Assembly (NCBI RefSeq): GCF_001194135.2
Contig: NC_068984.1
Coordinates: forward strand, 98,214,259-98,278,258
Direction of reading: 5' to 3'
Length of the DNA stretch: 64,000 bases
Origin: Octopus bimaculoides
Taxonomy: Eukaryota
Position numbers and translations under genes: made by a program
Part shown: piece after piece, positions 13,434 to 26,327 of the stretch
Layout of the letters: every line of letters starts with the position of its first letter
Numbering within the stretch: position 1 is the stretch's first letter
The notes under the pieces: model-generated
What the model was told of the DNA's origin: nothing
The model's database searches: none
What the model saw: the letters and a program-made list of their open reading frames with translations, nothing else

Positions 13434-13667
13434 CTGCAAGTTGGCAGAATCATTCATGCTGGACAAAATGCTTAGCAACATTTCTTCTGGTTTTATGTTT
13501 TGAATACAAATTCTACTAAGATCAACTTTGCATTTCATCCTTTCAGAGTCAGTAAAATAATTACCGGTTGAGCATAGGGGTTGATGTAATCAACTAGCTC
13601 CTTCCCCACAAGATTTCAGGCCTTGTCCCTACAGTAGGAAGAATTATTCTTAGTATGAGAACTGAAA

Positions 13668-13785
13668 TTGTCCTCATCTTGTTCCTTAATGCAACCTTTC
13701 AGCTGATATACCCTCCAGCCTTCATCAGGTGTCTTGGGGAAATTTCAAACTTGGATTGTCATTCCTAAGGTATTTTTTAATGTTG

Positions 13786-13823
<38 letters not shown>
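13668..13823 (-). mobile_element. Headless copy B of the hammerhead SINE
   Basis: 13668-13787 is identical to copy A 12961-13080, then an (ATT)n run; it abuts the tail of copy C. Confidence 0.85.
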
Positions 13824-13824
<1 letters not shown>

Positions 13825-14052
13825 TACATTTGACGGATATTTGTCCTCATCTTGTTTGTTGGTAACACAACATTTCAGCTGATATACCCTCCAGCCTTCA
13901 TCAGGTATCTTGGGGAAATTTCGAACCTGGGTTTTCATTCCTAAGGTATTTTTTGATGTTATAATTATTATTATTATTCAGGTCACTGCCTGGAATCGAA
14001 CTCAGAATCTTGGGATTAGTAGCTCATGCTCTTAACCACTACGCCATATGCC
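13824..14052 (-). mobile_element. tRNA-headed SINE with hammerhead motif, copy C
   Basis: A box TGGCGTAGTGG, B box GAGTTCGATTCC, (AAT)n, body, hammerhead at 13864-13909. Confidence 0.88.
13864..13909 (-). ncRNA. Minimal type I hammerhead ribozyme motif (best-preserved copy)
   Basis: GAUAC-CUGAUGA-A-GGCUG-GAGGGUAUAU-CAGCU-GAA-AUGU-U-GUGUU: intact core, 5-bp stem II, 5-bp stem I, self-complementary helix III, GUU cleavage triplet. Confidence 0.75.
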
Positions 14053-14076
14053 TGTGGCACTCTATAATTGCCCAAG

Positions 14077-14347
14077 GGCATATGGTGTAGTGGTTAAGAG
14101 CGTGGGTTACTAATCCTAAGATTCCGAGATCGATTCCAGGCAGTGACCTAAATAATAATAATAATAATAATTTAACATCGAAAAATACCTTGGGAATGAG
14201 AACCCAGGTTCGAAATTACCCCAAGACACCCGATGAAGGCTGGAGGGTATATCAGCTGAAATGTTGTGTTAACAACAAACAAGATGAGGACAAATATCCG
14301 TCGAATGTAAATAATGTACATAATTCCTCATGTCTTAAATATAGAAC
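14077..14347 (+). mobile_element. tRNA-headed SINE with hammerhead motif, copy D (inverted relative to C)
   Basis: GGCATATGGTGTAGTGG head; hammerhead at 14225-14270 with core CCGAUGA; the tail ends in ...CTTAAATATAGAACTG. Confidence 0.88.
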
Positions 14348-15233
14348 TGCAATAATATATTGTTTTGTAAAAATAAGAATGTAAAAACTTCCTCATTCCT
14401 ATAGGTTTTTTAAGGACTGGTGCATAGCTCCAACTTTATGACTTTATATAGATGACATACAAATCCATCTTTGTACATGATGTTAGTCTGCCTCTGGTAA
14501 AATTTACAGGTCAGCTGCTACCTATTTTTGTTAGATGGTTATACAGAAACATGTAGAATTATGTTGAACTTCTACATACATGGATTGTAGGCATGGTGTA
14601 TGGTTAAAAAATTTACTTTGCAGTTATGTCATTTTGGGTTCTATCACATTACATGGCATCTTAGGTAAGTACCTTCTATTGTATCTTCAGGAGGACCCAT
14701 ACCCTGTGAATATCTTGTCATCTGTATTGTGCCTCACCAATCCTGTTATTACCTCCCCATGATACCTCTTGTCATCTTTACTGTATCTCAACCCTCCTAC
14801 CATATTTCTTGTTGTCTTCAATGTGTCTTACCCCTCCTACCATACTTCTTATTTTCTTTACTGTATCTCAAGCCTTTTTACCTTACCTTTTCCTGTTCTT
14901 ACAATATCTCAAATAAACTCATCAATCTAGTGTAATCACTTAACCCAATCATTCTTCCCTATGATTACAACCAACTGGATTTTCCTCCCATTTAAAGTCC
15001 CAGTTTGTTGATGTTGATTCGTCCCATGTGAGCCATGTCCAACCTGTCTCTCCTTCACATATAGTGCATCTATGAGTTCACTGTCTAATGTATCACTTCT
15101 CAACAGACAACCAAGTGTGTTTGGTGTATCTAGATCTACACTATCTGTTGTGTCTTTCCCTTCTGAAAATAGGAAACTATTATTTGAGGGAGATTTAGTT
15201 GTTGTTTCTGGGAGGTTACATGACAGCATAGAC

Positions 15234-15544
15234 CAGTGGTTCTCAACCATATTTTTAGGGGTCCACACAAGCAAAATAATTAATTGGGGTTCCACAGTAG
15301 TATTTTAGGGATCCATGAAAATATTTTGTTTTAGATACATTTATTGCAAGAAACAGCCAAGTTTTCTTTCTCTAACATTATACATAGTTCAAACTACACA
15401 AGTGAATGTGTGAAAACATAAAATAGAAATTTTGAAAGAAATGTCTTTAAAATTAGTTTTTAAACAATGAATGGCAAAGGGGGTCCACCAGAATAGAATA
15501 ATAATCAAAAGGGTCCATAGGCAGAAAATGGTTGAGAACCACTG
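15234..15544. mobile_element. hAT (Charlie-like) MITE
   Basis: 15-bp perfect TIR CAGTGGTTCTCAACC/GGTTGAGAACCACTG; 8-bp TSD GCATAGAC/GTATAGTC (6/8). Confidence 0.85.
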
Positions 15545-15829
15545 GTATAGTCCCTTATTCTTCACTTGTATCTGCAGTGTTAAGTATGATGGAATTGATA
15601 GCTAAGATTAGCTTTGATACTGTCATCCCTAGCTACACAGTCCCAAATGTGATGAAATCACAAGTTAAGCTGCATGGAGTTAAGGTATGAAGTAACTGAA
15701 AGAAGAGCAGTTTGGTGGTTCTTATTCTCTGACTCTCTATTATTTTTCTTTTGTCAATATTTTCTACTTTTGTTTCTTTCTTTCAGGCTCTTCCTCTAAC
15801 TCTTCTCCCCCCCCCCCNNNNNNNNNNCC

Positions 15830-16170
15830 CCCCCATCACAATCACCGCCACTGTCTCTGACGGCGTCAACTATCACCATCACTGCTGTTAATATCACCAC
15901 TACTGCTGCCACCAACATCAGGTTTATCACTATCACAGATATCTTTACCACCATAAACATCACCTCCATCCACCACTGCCATGAAGATCAATATCACCAC
16001 CAGTGTTACCACCATCACACTACCATCACAGATATCACCATCACAAACCTCACCATCATCACCATCACTGCCACAACATCAACACAACAACCACCATAAA
16101 CATCATTACTGTCATAGACAACAGCATTGACACCACTGCTACCAACATCACCACTTCCACCATTAACAGC
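15830..16170. repeat. CAC/CAT-rich low-complexity tract
   Basis: Degenerate (CAC)/(CAT) triplets; similar tracts at 42280-42420, 42830-43010 and 54940-55150. Confidence 0.8.
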
Positions 16171-19100
16171 TCATAAGATGTTTATTGCCACAGCAGTTTC
16201 CACATTCTCTATTTATGTCATTAATTAATATTACAAATTGGACTGCTTTTTCTCTTTTTCACATACATTTACATAACTACATATGTAAATGCCAGGGTGG
16301 GGTGGGGGGGGACAAAAGTTTGGAATAATTGTAAATTTACCTTATATATTCTTCTGATCCAATGGTGTGGACTGCCATATTTCGTGAAAGATTAAGTGAA
16401 TCATTTTATTCATTCATTCATTCATTCATTTATTTATTTATTACAGTAATGTAACAGGAGGAACATACCTTCATGTTAAAGTCTTTTCTTTTAAATTAAG
16501 TGGTATTCCTTTGTTAGAATGATGTAAAATATAGCTATCTAAGTTTCCAAACTCACTGCTATTTTTCCTTTTAATATGTGGGTGGGTTGGTTTGTGTGTA
16601 GGTGAAATCATATGAGGTCTGCAGGAATCAACCCAGAACTCTTGGTGCACTGAAGGAAATAGTCATGTCCACTTATGATAACATCAATACAGATGCCCTA
16701 ACAATGCTTCTAGTTTATGCATTCAGTGGAGTCAAAAAGGATTATATTACTACTCTACCATAATGTTGCTCATAGATTTAGTTGAGTCCCTACTCCAGCT
16801 ATAGAATTGATCATTGGCTTGCATTAGTGATGTACCTTAGAAATGGCCATCTATCTTTGTTATAAATCTTTTTCCAAAATGTCACCTGTAAGTTCTCTAT
16901 ATAACTTGTTTAATCTTCTGTTGTCTTTACTTCAAGGTTAAATATATTCTGAACTATGAAATCATAATTATTTGAGTCTAAGAGGGAGGAGCAGTAACAA
17001 CATTTATAGAATTTCCCAGGTTGGTCAGGTTATTGTTCTTTAACTTCAGGTTAGCCCTCTCCAGTCCTGATCCAGCAGACCGATGATCAAAGGGATTTGA
17101 ATGTAGTCTTTTATATTGTTAATATATCAGGGTGGATCTAGCTGCTACAGTTAGCCAGCTAAGTGAACACATGGCTCATAAAACAAAACAACTGTGTGTG
17201 ATTTGAAAATGATTTGGCTGTTATTTCTAGCAGGTTGAGTGATTATTTAAGGAGCCCCCTTACCAGTGTAGTTCTTTAGAATGAAATAGTAGAAACTGTT
17301 GTTCTTGTGGTTGTTTGGCCTTTATCCAAATTTGATTTTACCATGAGATTTAGCCAAGTAACACTTACAGTATATGTTTGTGTGCATCCTTTTGATACTG
17401 AAACACCAGTAGTGTATTTGAATTTATTTGTCTACATAGTCACTGAGCAAATAGAAATGGCAGCCAAATCTCTCTTAAATCCTACCATACTGTCTAGAAA
17501 AAAGGGAGGAGCACATTAGGTCATGCATTCCTAGATATTCCCAAAAATGACAGGATGGTCATGGCTGGAATGCTTTTGATCATAGGGCAATATGATAAGA
17601 GCTAACCTAGGACTAAACATCAATTTCTGTTTCTTTCTTATAAAGACTTTTCTTCTCCCTTTTAGTATTGCTCGTTCTTTATCTCTCGTGTAGCTTTACC
17701 AGGCTCTCATCATGACTCCTTGTGAGTTTTAATTAAACACCACTCCTAATCTTCCTCTTTTTTCTCTTCATTATCATCACCAGCACAGTTGGAGGTTGCT
17801 GGTTTAATGAGATCTATTTCTGATTGCTTTTAGTGATTTGCAAGTCTTCAAAATAATTCTTAGATGTCTAGACTTTTCAGATGGACAGCTTTACATATCA
17901 ATGTTCTTTCTCTTTACATTGTGACTATTGTTGGTTGTTGTTGTTGTTTGGCCTTCATCCAAACTTGGAATTTCATTGAGATTTAGCCAAGTAACACACA
18001 CACACACACACTTATACAGACAAGAATTACCCAGAGAGATACAAGTAAAAGCACATGCTTGCAAAGCATTAAAAATATAAAGCAGTAAAACAACACAAAT
18101 GGAAGAAGCAGAAGAGAATCTGACGTTTTGGGTGATAAACTTTATCAAAGAGAATATTAAAAAAGTATAACAAAAATTAAAATAAAAAAACTGAAAAGCA
18201 AGTGAAAGAGGAAAAATATGACAGCAAAAAAAGCCCAGTGGCATGGGAAGTCTCATATGGAATGGAAGCTGGCAAGTGGAATAGTACAACAGGAAGTGGA
18301 GGCACAATTTGGGTCACAATGGGGTTGAATGAAGAAAGTGGGATGAAGTGAGTGAGGGAGATAAAATGAATAAAAGACAGAAAAGGGAAGAAGAATGGAA
18401 CAAAAAAGTAACCTATCAGTTTTTCTATGTGAACAGGTTGCTAGCCCCTCTCCCAGCCTTTTTCTCTTTCTTAAGAAAAATATATGAACCTTTTTCAAAG
18501 CGAAATATAGTTGATTCTGGGAGGAGAGAGAGGAATTCACTTCAAAATAGGACTGGCAGAATGGTACAAGAGCAATCTCGAAAGGTGAAGTTGAACTCTA
18601 GTTTCACCAAGCCAGAACAAATACTGCAAGGTTCCCTGAATCTGTAATGACTATTAATTCACTACTGAACCTCTAAAATATGTACATACATATATTAATA
18701 AGTGTGTGTGCTTGTACACATACTCACACAAACACCCACTCATATATTAAGGATAGTGAACACAAACAAAAAGGAAGAATGAATAGAAACTGTTCTCACT
18801 TCCTGTTTGCTTTCTTGAAATGTGCTACTTTCCCATAAATGAAATTCTCTGTAAGTAAATGTGTGTATTTGGGATATGCACTTGTCTGTGTTTGTATGTA
18901 TAAAGATGCTTCACCCAACTTGTAAGTACTTGTGTGTACTTAATTGAATTTATTTGTATGGATGTTTGTATATGTATTTTGTGTATGTGTCAACACAACT
19001 CTGTGAATGTATGCATGAATGAGCACAACTGCTTGTGTGTATATTTATGTATAAGAGTAGTTGAATACCAGCATGTGAAGAATCACTTGAAGCTAAGCTT

Positions 19101-21769
19101 TCTGTCCCAGGCAATGCCAGCTTCATAATGAACTGCTAAGGTCCTTTCTACACTTCATGTTGATTATGTATGTCAGATTTAATATTAAAAAAACCACATG
19201 CACAATACAGCTTAACACTTTCACTTCAGATGTCACAGCCTTTCTGTCACATATCAACAGTTTAGCCATCATTATTATTACTATTTCTTTATGACCCTTT
19301 ACATTTTGAGATCAAATCTCGCTGAGGTCAACTTCACCTTTCAACCCTCCTGGGTCAGTAAACTCTCAGTCTTGTGCTTCAGTTGACTAACCCATTCCCC
19401 CAAATTTCATGCCTTGTGCCTGAACTAGCAGAATCATAAGCACTTTGGACAGAATGTTTAGCAGCATTTCTTCTAGTTCTTGGTTGACTTTGCCTATCAT
19501 CATTTCAGGGTCAATAGAATATATATGATAGTTGATTATTGAGGTTGGTGTAATTGATGATCCCTCTCCCTAAAATTCCAGGCCTTGTGCTTATAGTAGG
19601 AAGTATTATTATTACTAGGGTAGTGGGTTGACTGAATCATTTGAACTTCAGATATAATGCCTTGCATATTTTCATTCTGAGTTCAAATCTCATTGAGGCT
19701 TATCACCCTTCCACATTGAATAAAATGAAGTACCTGTCAAATACTAGGGAACAATGGTATTGACTAACCCTCCCCTCAAAATTGTTGGCCTTGTGCCTAT
19801 ATTAGAAACAATTATTATGTCTTTTCAGGTACAGTAAGGGTTGTGAGGTTGTAACAGTTTTTAGTTCCAACTAATTACCTGTGTTGTGGAAATCTAATGG
19901 AAATGTTTTTGTTTTTGTAGCTACATTTTGCAAGTTGACTGCATAATTGTCTACAAGGTACTTTATGATATGGGGTAGTGACATAGTTGATTATATCAAT
20001 ATCAGTATTTGACTTGTGTTTATTTTAGTGATTCTGGAAGAAAATAAATTGACTTTCAACGATTTGAACTCCAAACACAAATGATAGTACTGAAATACCA
20101 TAAGACTTTCTCACCTGATGCTTTACAGTTTCTACTTTTCTACCAATACCACCATCATGCTACCTACAGAAACAGTACTCATAATAAGTATAGGGTAATG
20201 TAGGAGACTTTATGTAGTTGCTTGACCTACTAGAAATAGAAGCAAAATCTCTTTTTTGTGAAATTTGCTGTCATAAAAGAGGACAAATTTCATAATGTCC
20301 TAGATATACTGTGTCTGAAAAAATAGATGAAATGGTCATAGCTGGAATGTCTTTGACCATAAGACAGTTGAATCACAGCTAATATGAGGCTTAACAACAA
20401 CAACAGTCATATCAAGAACTATTTAATATAACAATATCTCTCCATAAGAAATTCCCTGTCAAAAAAGAAAAAAGAAGAAAATCTCCCCTTTTCCCCAGTA
20501 ATAAATCACTGAATCTGCTCTCCAGAAATTACACAAACCCTTAACACCTCTTAATAAAGAATGTAAGAGGCAGTAATTATCAATTATTTAAAATAGTGTC
20601 CACAAGGGCCCTATATTGAGGACATGTCTTCTGGAACATGATACTTGCTCATTCATCTTTGTAATTTAAGCAGCTATACACGTTTGTTGAAGAAAAACTA
20701 TTATAACTAATTGGGTAGCCTACTTATATCAACCTTACCATCTGTTCTTTCATAGTGAAAGAGCTCTCTTTCTTACAAAAAGGAGCACCTACCCTACTAA
20801 CTACTGTTCATCTGAGTCAATGACAGCGCTACTATGTGGTTGCTTTACTTACTTACTAGATATAGCAAGCAAATTCCCTTTGAAGTACACCCTACCATTT
20901 CAAAAAGAAAATTGTATAATGTAAGTCCTGGACACAATGTTTAATTAGTCTACAACTTATGTATGATCAGTTCAGCTGATGTCACAAATCTATTGCTTTT
21001 AGAAGCCAGTAATTCTGTTTTGAAATCTGTGCCCCCTCACCTGACAAGAAAGAACATGACTGTAACATACAGATTAATCAACTTCCATTTATCAATTTGA
21101 GGACATTTCACAAAGTCACACACATGCATAAAATGTGAGACAGAAAATGGAATTCACAAGGCCCTTTATTCAGAACCACTACAATTGTTTTGACCCATTG
21201 TGCACTGGTATTTTACAGGTGAGATGCTGTACAATATATATAAGCAGATGCTTGTGACACATGTGAGAAAAATGTTCTTGAAATTCTAAGAATTGATGTG
21301 CAATAAAACCATATGTATTGTACAAAATACAGAAGTATTCCACTCAATAGTTTGTAATAATAATATAAAGAAGGATATAATTATTTATAGTATCACACTG
21401 GTACTCATTCAATATATAATTTATTGGAACTGTTTGTATATTTGCCTTTCATTTGATCAGTTTTTTTGTTAATAATAATCAAATAATTACTTATGGCTGT
21501 TAACTATGCAATAATTCTGGGGAAGCAAACTTCTTACCACACAGCCACACCTGTCAATTATTTTCTCTTAAGTTCTACAATGATACATGGCTACCATAAC
21601 TTAAATAATTTGTTTTTAAGATAATCGACAATGTGTTCAATACAGAATTTTCGAAAAATTAAATATACTGTTTATCCAACAACATGATGATACAGTTGGT
21701 AGTTAAAATAGGAAGAATGTTGTTTGAATAGGGACACTGATGTTAGAGTAAGGAGAATGGTGTAATCAA

Positions 21770-21963
21770 AAGAATGTGTGTCTGTTTTAAATTGTTTATA
21801 GTTAGATTAAACTTTCCATTATAAATTTAGTTTAGAACTTTTTTGCTTTCCAAAACTGTAAAATGTCAGTTATTTTATTAAATCTCTTCAAATTCTTGTT
21901 TATTTTCGAAATTGAAACACATAGGCAGAGTATTTCATTTGTTATATGGTCATGAAAGAGTTA
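21770..21963. mobile_element. Decayed second TTAA-terminated MITE
   Basis: Ends in ...CATGAAAGAG-TTAA, similar to piggyBac-type termini; the other end is not identified. Confidence 0.35.
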
Positions 21964-22765
21964 AAATGAACTAGACTGTGTTAAAATTAGAAGAATATTG
22001 ATTATATTGAAATTGAAAATAAAATAAAAACAAGGACATTGGTGCAAAGATCGATTACTGAGAAATCAGTTGACCAATATATCACTGGTTCAAAATCTAT
22101 CTCTGTGCCATGGTCTTTTTTGTGATACAGTCTGGCTGTAGTGCTCGCATTTGCACTCAGCAAAACTCAATATCCTTAAATTATGTAGGACAGCTCCTAG
22201 CAGTTCTTCAATACATCAACTAAAAATATATACACATAGTATTGATGGAAACCAGAAATCAATAGAAACATTGATTTCCATTTTTTACTTTCTTTAATGT
22301 TTATATATTTTTTTTATATTGATTTGTTTCCATCAATACCATTATTGATTCCTAAGATTGGCACATGGCCAGACATTTGTTGGAGAGGGGTAAACTTATT
22401 GAATTGACCACAGGATGCAAGTAGTGCATACTTTATCAACCCCAGAGAGATGAGAAACAAGGTTGAGTCAGGTTGGATTTGAACATGAAAGCACGTGAAG
22501 CCTTTAGTTACATTACTTTTCCATTTCTGTTATTCTGTTACATTTCCAGTAGGGTTTCTATTTAATTAGACATAAGCCTCCTATATTTTCAGCAGGCTAG
22601 AGCAATGTGATCTTGTAATCTATGAGCTTTAGTGAAAGGAAATCGTTTTATATAGGAATTGAAATTGTGACACTGTCTCAAGTTGCCAAAAGTGTCAATT
22701 TCTAACTTAGATTAAAATCAGAAATTTGTAAGAGTAGAAAGTCAATCTCTTTAAAATATATGTGC

Positions 22766-23150
22766 AGGAGTGGCTGTGTGGTAAGTAGCTTCCTTACCAA
22801 CCACATGGTTCTAGGTTCAGTCCCACTGCATGGCACCTTGGGCAAGTATCTTCTACTATAGCCTCAGGCCGACCAAAGCCTTGTGAATGGATTTGGTAGA
22901 TGGAGACTGAAAGAAGCCTATCCTATATATATATATATATATATATGTTTGTGTCTGTGTTTGTCCCCCAACATTACTTGACAACCAATGCTGGTGTGTT
23001 TGCATCCCCGTTACTTAGCGGTTCAACTAAAGAGATTGATAGAATAAGTACTAGGCTTACAAAGAATAAGTCCTGAGGTCGATTTGCTCGACTAAAGGCG
23101 GTACTCCAGCATGGCCACAGTCAAATGACTGAAACAAAAGAATAAAAGAA
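22766..23150 (+). mobile_element. tRNA-derived SINE with internal (TA)n
   Basis: TGGCTGTGTGGTAAG head, GGTTCAGTCCC B-box-like motif, GGCACCTTGGGCAAGT core, AAAGAATAAAAGAAT tail; other copies at 57995-58430 and partials at 14585, 49190 and 55470. Confidence 0.85.
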
Positions 23151-23489
23151 TGTCATCATCATTTAACATCTGTTTTCCATACAGTCATGGGTTGGACATG
23201 TGTGCGCACACACATATATAATTACATACACATACTCATATATATTTATTCACGCATTTTAATGTACATTTTTCATGCTGCTAAGAGTTGGATGAGGATT
23301 GATTTTGAATATTTTATGGCTGGATGTTCTTTTTGCCATCAACTCTTAAATGTTTTTCAAGTAAGGGATTTTCATATTCCACAGGTTTTCGAAATTGTTG
23401 AGCAACTTATGAACAAAGTCTGTGTACATCAACATAAATGGTAAAGAGAGAAATACCAATACCTGTACATATTTGAGTATGCTTGTGTG

Positions 23490-23539
23490 CGCGCGCGCAC
23501 GCACACACACACACACACACACCCTCTCTCTCTTTCTCT

Positions 23540-23590
<51 letters not shown>
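23490..23590. repeat. Compound (CA)n(CT)n microsatellite
   Basis: Direct reading. Confidence 0.95.
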
Positions 23591-23594
<4 letters not shown>

Positions 23595-26327
23595 GGCTTA
23601 ATACAGTTCTTGTTAATCAAGTTCTCACTCTTTGTTTTCTGTTGTTTTTCTTTGCTCTCTTTCTACTCATGTTATGCTCCAGATATACAATTACAACACT
23701 ACTGTTAGTTTTAGTTTTAAACACTCCTGAATGGAGTTTTTGTCTATTAATTGCTTGGATAATCTCAGTTGATAGTTTTTCAACGCAGTATATTATATAT
23801 GGAAAATCCAAACCTGTTTATATACACACATACGTGTAAATGCACACATGTACATGTATACACACACTATGTATGTTACATATGCATGCATACATAGATT
23901 TTTTTTTTCTGAAAATGTTTTTTTTTGTGAAGAGGAAACAGCCTTCATTACTTTATTAATAATCTGAGTTCAGTGTCTCAAGTGTATGGCAATTAAGCTA
24001 ACAGTAAGCTACTGAACAGAAGTGGTCATTAATAAAAATGCAGAGAAAAATTCCCCAACAAACAGGGAATTACTTCATTGCAACAAGTTTGAATTATTTC
24101 CATTTGAATTCTGTCATTGTCTTACAATTCTTGTTTTGTGGTGGGTGTATTTCTTTTTCTTAATGTTTTTGAAGGTGTTCTTTGCATCCAAATATATTTG
24201 TAAAGTTAGATGTTAGTCAGTTGTCCTCTCTCACTTGCATTGTCTTCTTCACACCCTGACATCCACCACCAATGCAGAAACAATAATAAAAAGAGAAGTG
24301 CTGTGAATGCCAGCATTCAAGAAATTGCGTAATATTACTGTTAAGTGAGTGGAATGTGTTAGATCAACCATGTTATTTTGTCAACCCCTGGTAATAAGAA
24401 AGGCAATGTTTATCTTGTCATGATTTGAATTCTGAATGTAAAGAGATGTAACTTCTCTACCAATTTTTTCACTTTTTTCACTGGTCTCTAATCTAGGCAC
24501 AAGACCAGTAATTTTAAGTAGAGGTGATTAGTTGATACCATCAACCCTAATACTTTATTTTATTTATCTCGAAAGAATGATAGGCAAAATTGATCTTGAC
24601 AGGATTTGAACTCTGAAAGTGAAGAGCTGGAACAAATGCTGCAAAGCATTTTTCCATTGCTCTAATGGTTCTATTAGTGATGTTTATTAGCCACCTAGGC
24701 TTGAAGAGATACAGAAAATACATTGAAGCATTAAATAAAGTCTGCAGCAGCATGTGAGAAGGGACAGGGAAGTTATACTAAGGGAGAAGTGAAAGACTTT
24801 TTGCAGTATATAATTAGATGTCTATGATCCCCACCAAAAAAAAAGAAAACGGTATCCTTTAATTATGTTTCATTATATAAATAAAAGCATGATAATTAAA
24901 GCATGTTTTCTGTTATATACCGTAGTATACTCTACATTGTTTTGTTTCTTAAAGTAAGTAAACAGACAAAACTATATGTTCATTGCAACAAAATCTGTTA
25001 ACTGACAGGGTACATTAGTAAAACAGTTCAAGTTTTATTTACAGTAAAAAAATTAATGCATCACTAAAAGAAAATCTTTTAGGGTTTGAAATTTTAAGCC
25101 CTTGTACTCATGGTTGGAATTTTAGGGCTTTGCACCATTGCTTAAAATCAGATTTAGGAAAACATGTATTGGGACTGGGTTTTTTTGTCTTCAGTTTTGT
25201 TAAATAAAAAGACCTAATTAATAAAGTGCTCTCAGATTAGTCACTAGGTCTGACCACTAGTCACAGTAGTATGCTTGAAGAGGAAGAGGGGAAGACAGAT
25301 AAGGATACCAGGCAAATTATGATAGCCATTAATTAAAACTAAATCTATTTCCTCTAGTCACTTGAGTGTAAAGCACTCACTTATGTTGGTCATCATTAGA
25401 GATAGCTAAGGACAGCAGATGTCAGCAACTTGAATCTTACAGGAATATTCTTAAATAAAGATGGAACATAAACTTAAGACCAAAACTCTAAATCTAAATA
25501 TTACTGAGGGGTGGATATCTGTTAAAATACATAGGGGAGACATTGTTATATTGGGTCAAATATGTGATGTGAGTATACACTGCATAAGAGTTGAGTGTAA
25601 AAGTAGTGTGCTGACAGTAGCAGTCACTCATGGTAGAAGAAAGCTAGGGACAACATAGATGATGCATAGATATCAAGATATTGACTTTGACGGACTGGTT
25701 TAAAATATGATTTAGATGTATAAGGATTTGTTATACTGTAGACTTGTCCACTTAATGCTGATATGGAAAATTAGATGTTAAAATAATGATCACCACCACT
25801 GAGTGGTGGTGGTGATGATGATAAGTAGGAAGTGGTCAAGATGTTAGACAGTGATTTCTACATAAAGAATTAGTCTCATCTTGGTCATGATTTACTGGGT
25901 TTTTTTAGTATGAAAGCGAAACAAATTATAGTGGGAATCATTTAAGTTCTACATTGGATATATTCAAGTGAGAATGCTGTAATGATAATGATGTGAATGA
26001 ATGAATGGTGAATGCTGTGTAATAAAAGTGCATACTCATAGTTGAAGGTGTGTGCTGCAGCAGAAGTCTTCTTAAGTGAAGAAAAGAGGAATTCAGATTT
26101 TAAGTTTCTGAGATGAGAACTGATATACTTCTTGTCTCAATCTTTTGTCATCTCATGCCACAATAACAGACTTGTGCAAACCATGGAGAATGGTTTGTAA
26201 ACAATGATGGTGCTTCAGTTACATTACCTGACTACCAACTTCCACGACACATCCTACTATCTTTGGAAACAGGACACTGTGAGTAATGCAGTTCTGCAGA
26301 CTCTTAAAACTTGAGATAATTATAGAT

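Noticed and set aside
13022-13538. Poly-Leu/poly-Ile ORFs, and similar RE/HT/CV-repeat ORFs elsewhere
   Set aside because: Translations of (ATT)n, (AG)n and (CA)n microsatellites.
14077-14150. tRNA genes (also 13130-13200, 13980-14052, 63480-63550)
   Set aside because: They have A and B boxes but no convincing acceptor stem and are followed by SINE bodies and tails.
25791-25811. CACCACCACT/AGTGGTGGTG hairpin
   Set aside because: Low-complexity triplets; expected by chance.
26170-26278. Cryptic 109-nt AG..GT exon (TCANHGEWF...)
   Set aside because: It would shift the frame between phase-0 exons, and the ankyrin repeat is already complete without it.
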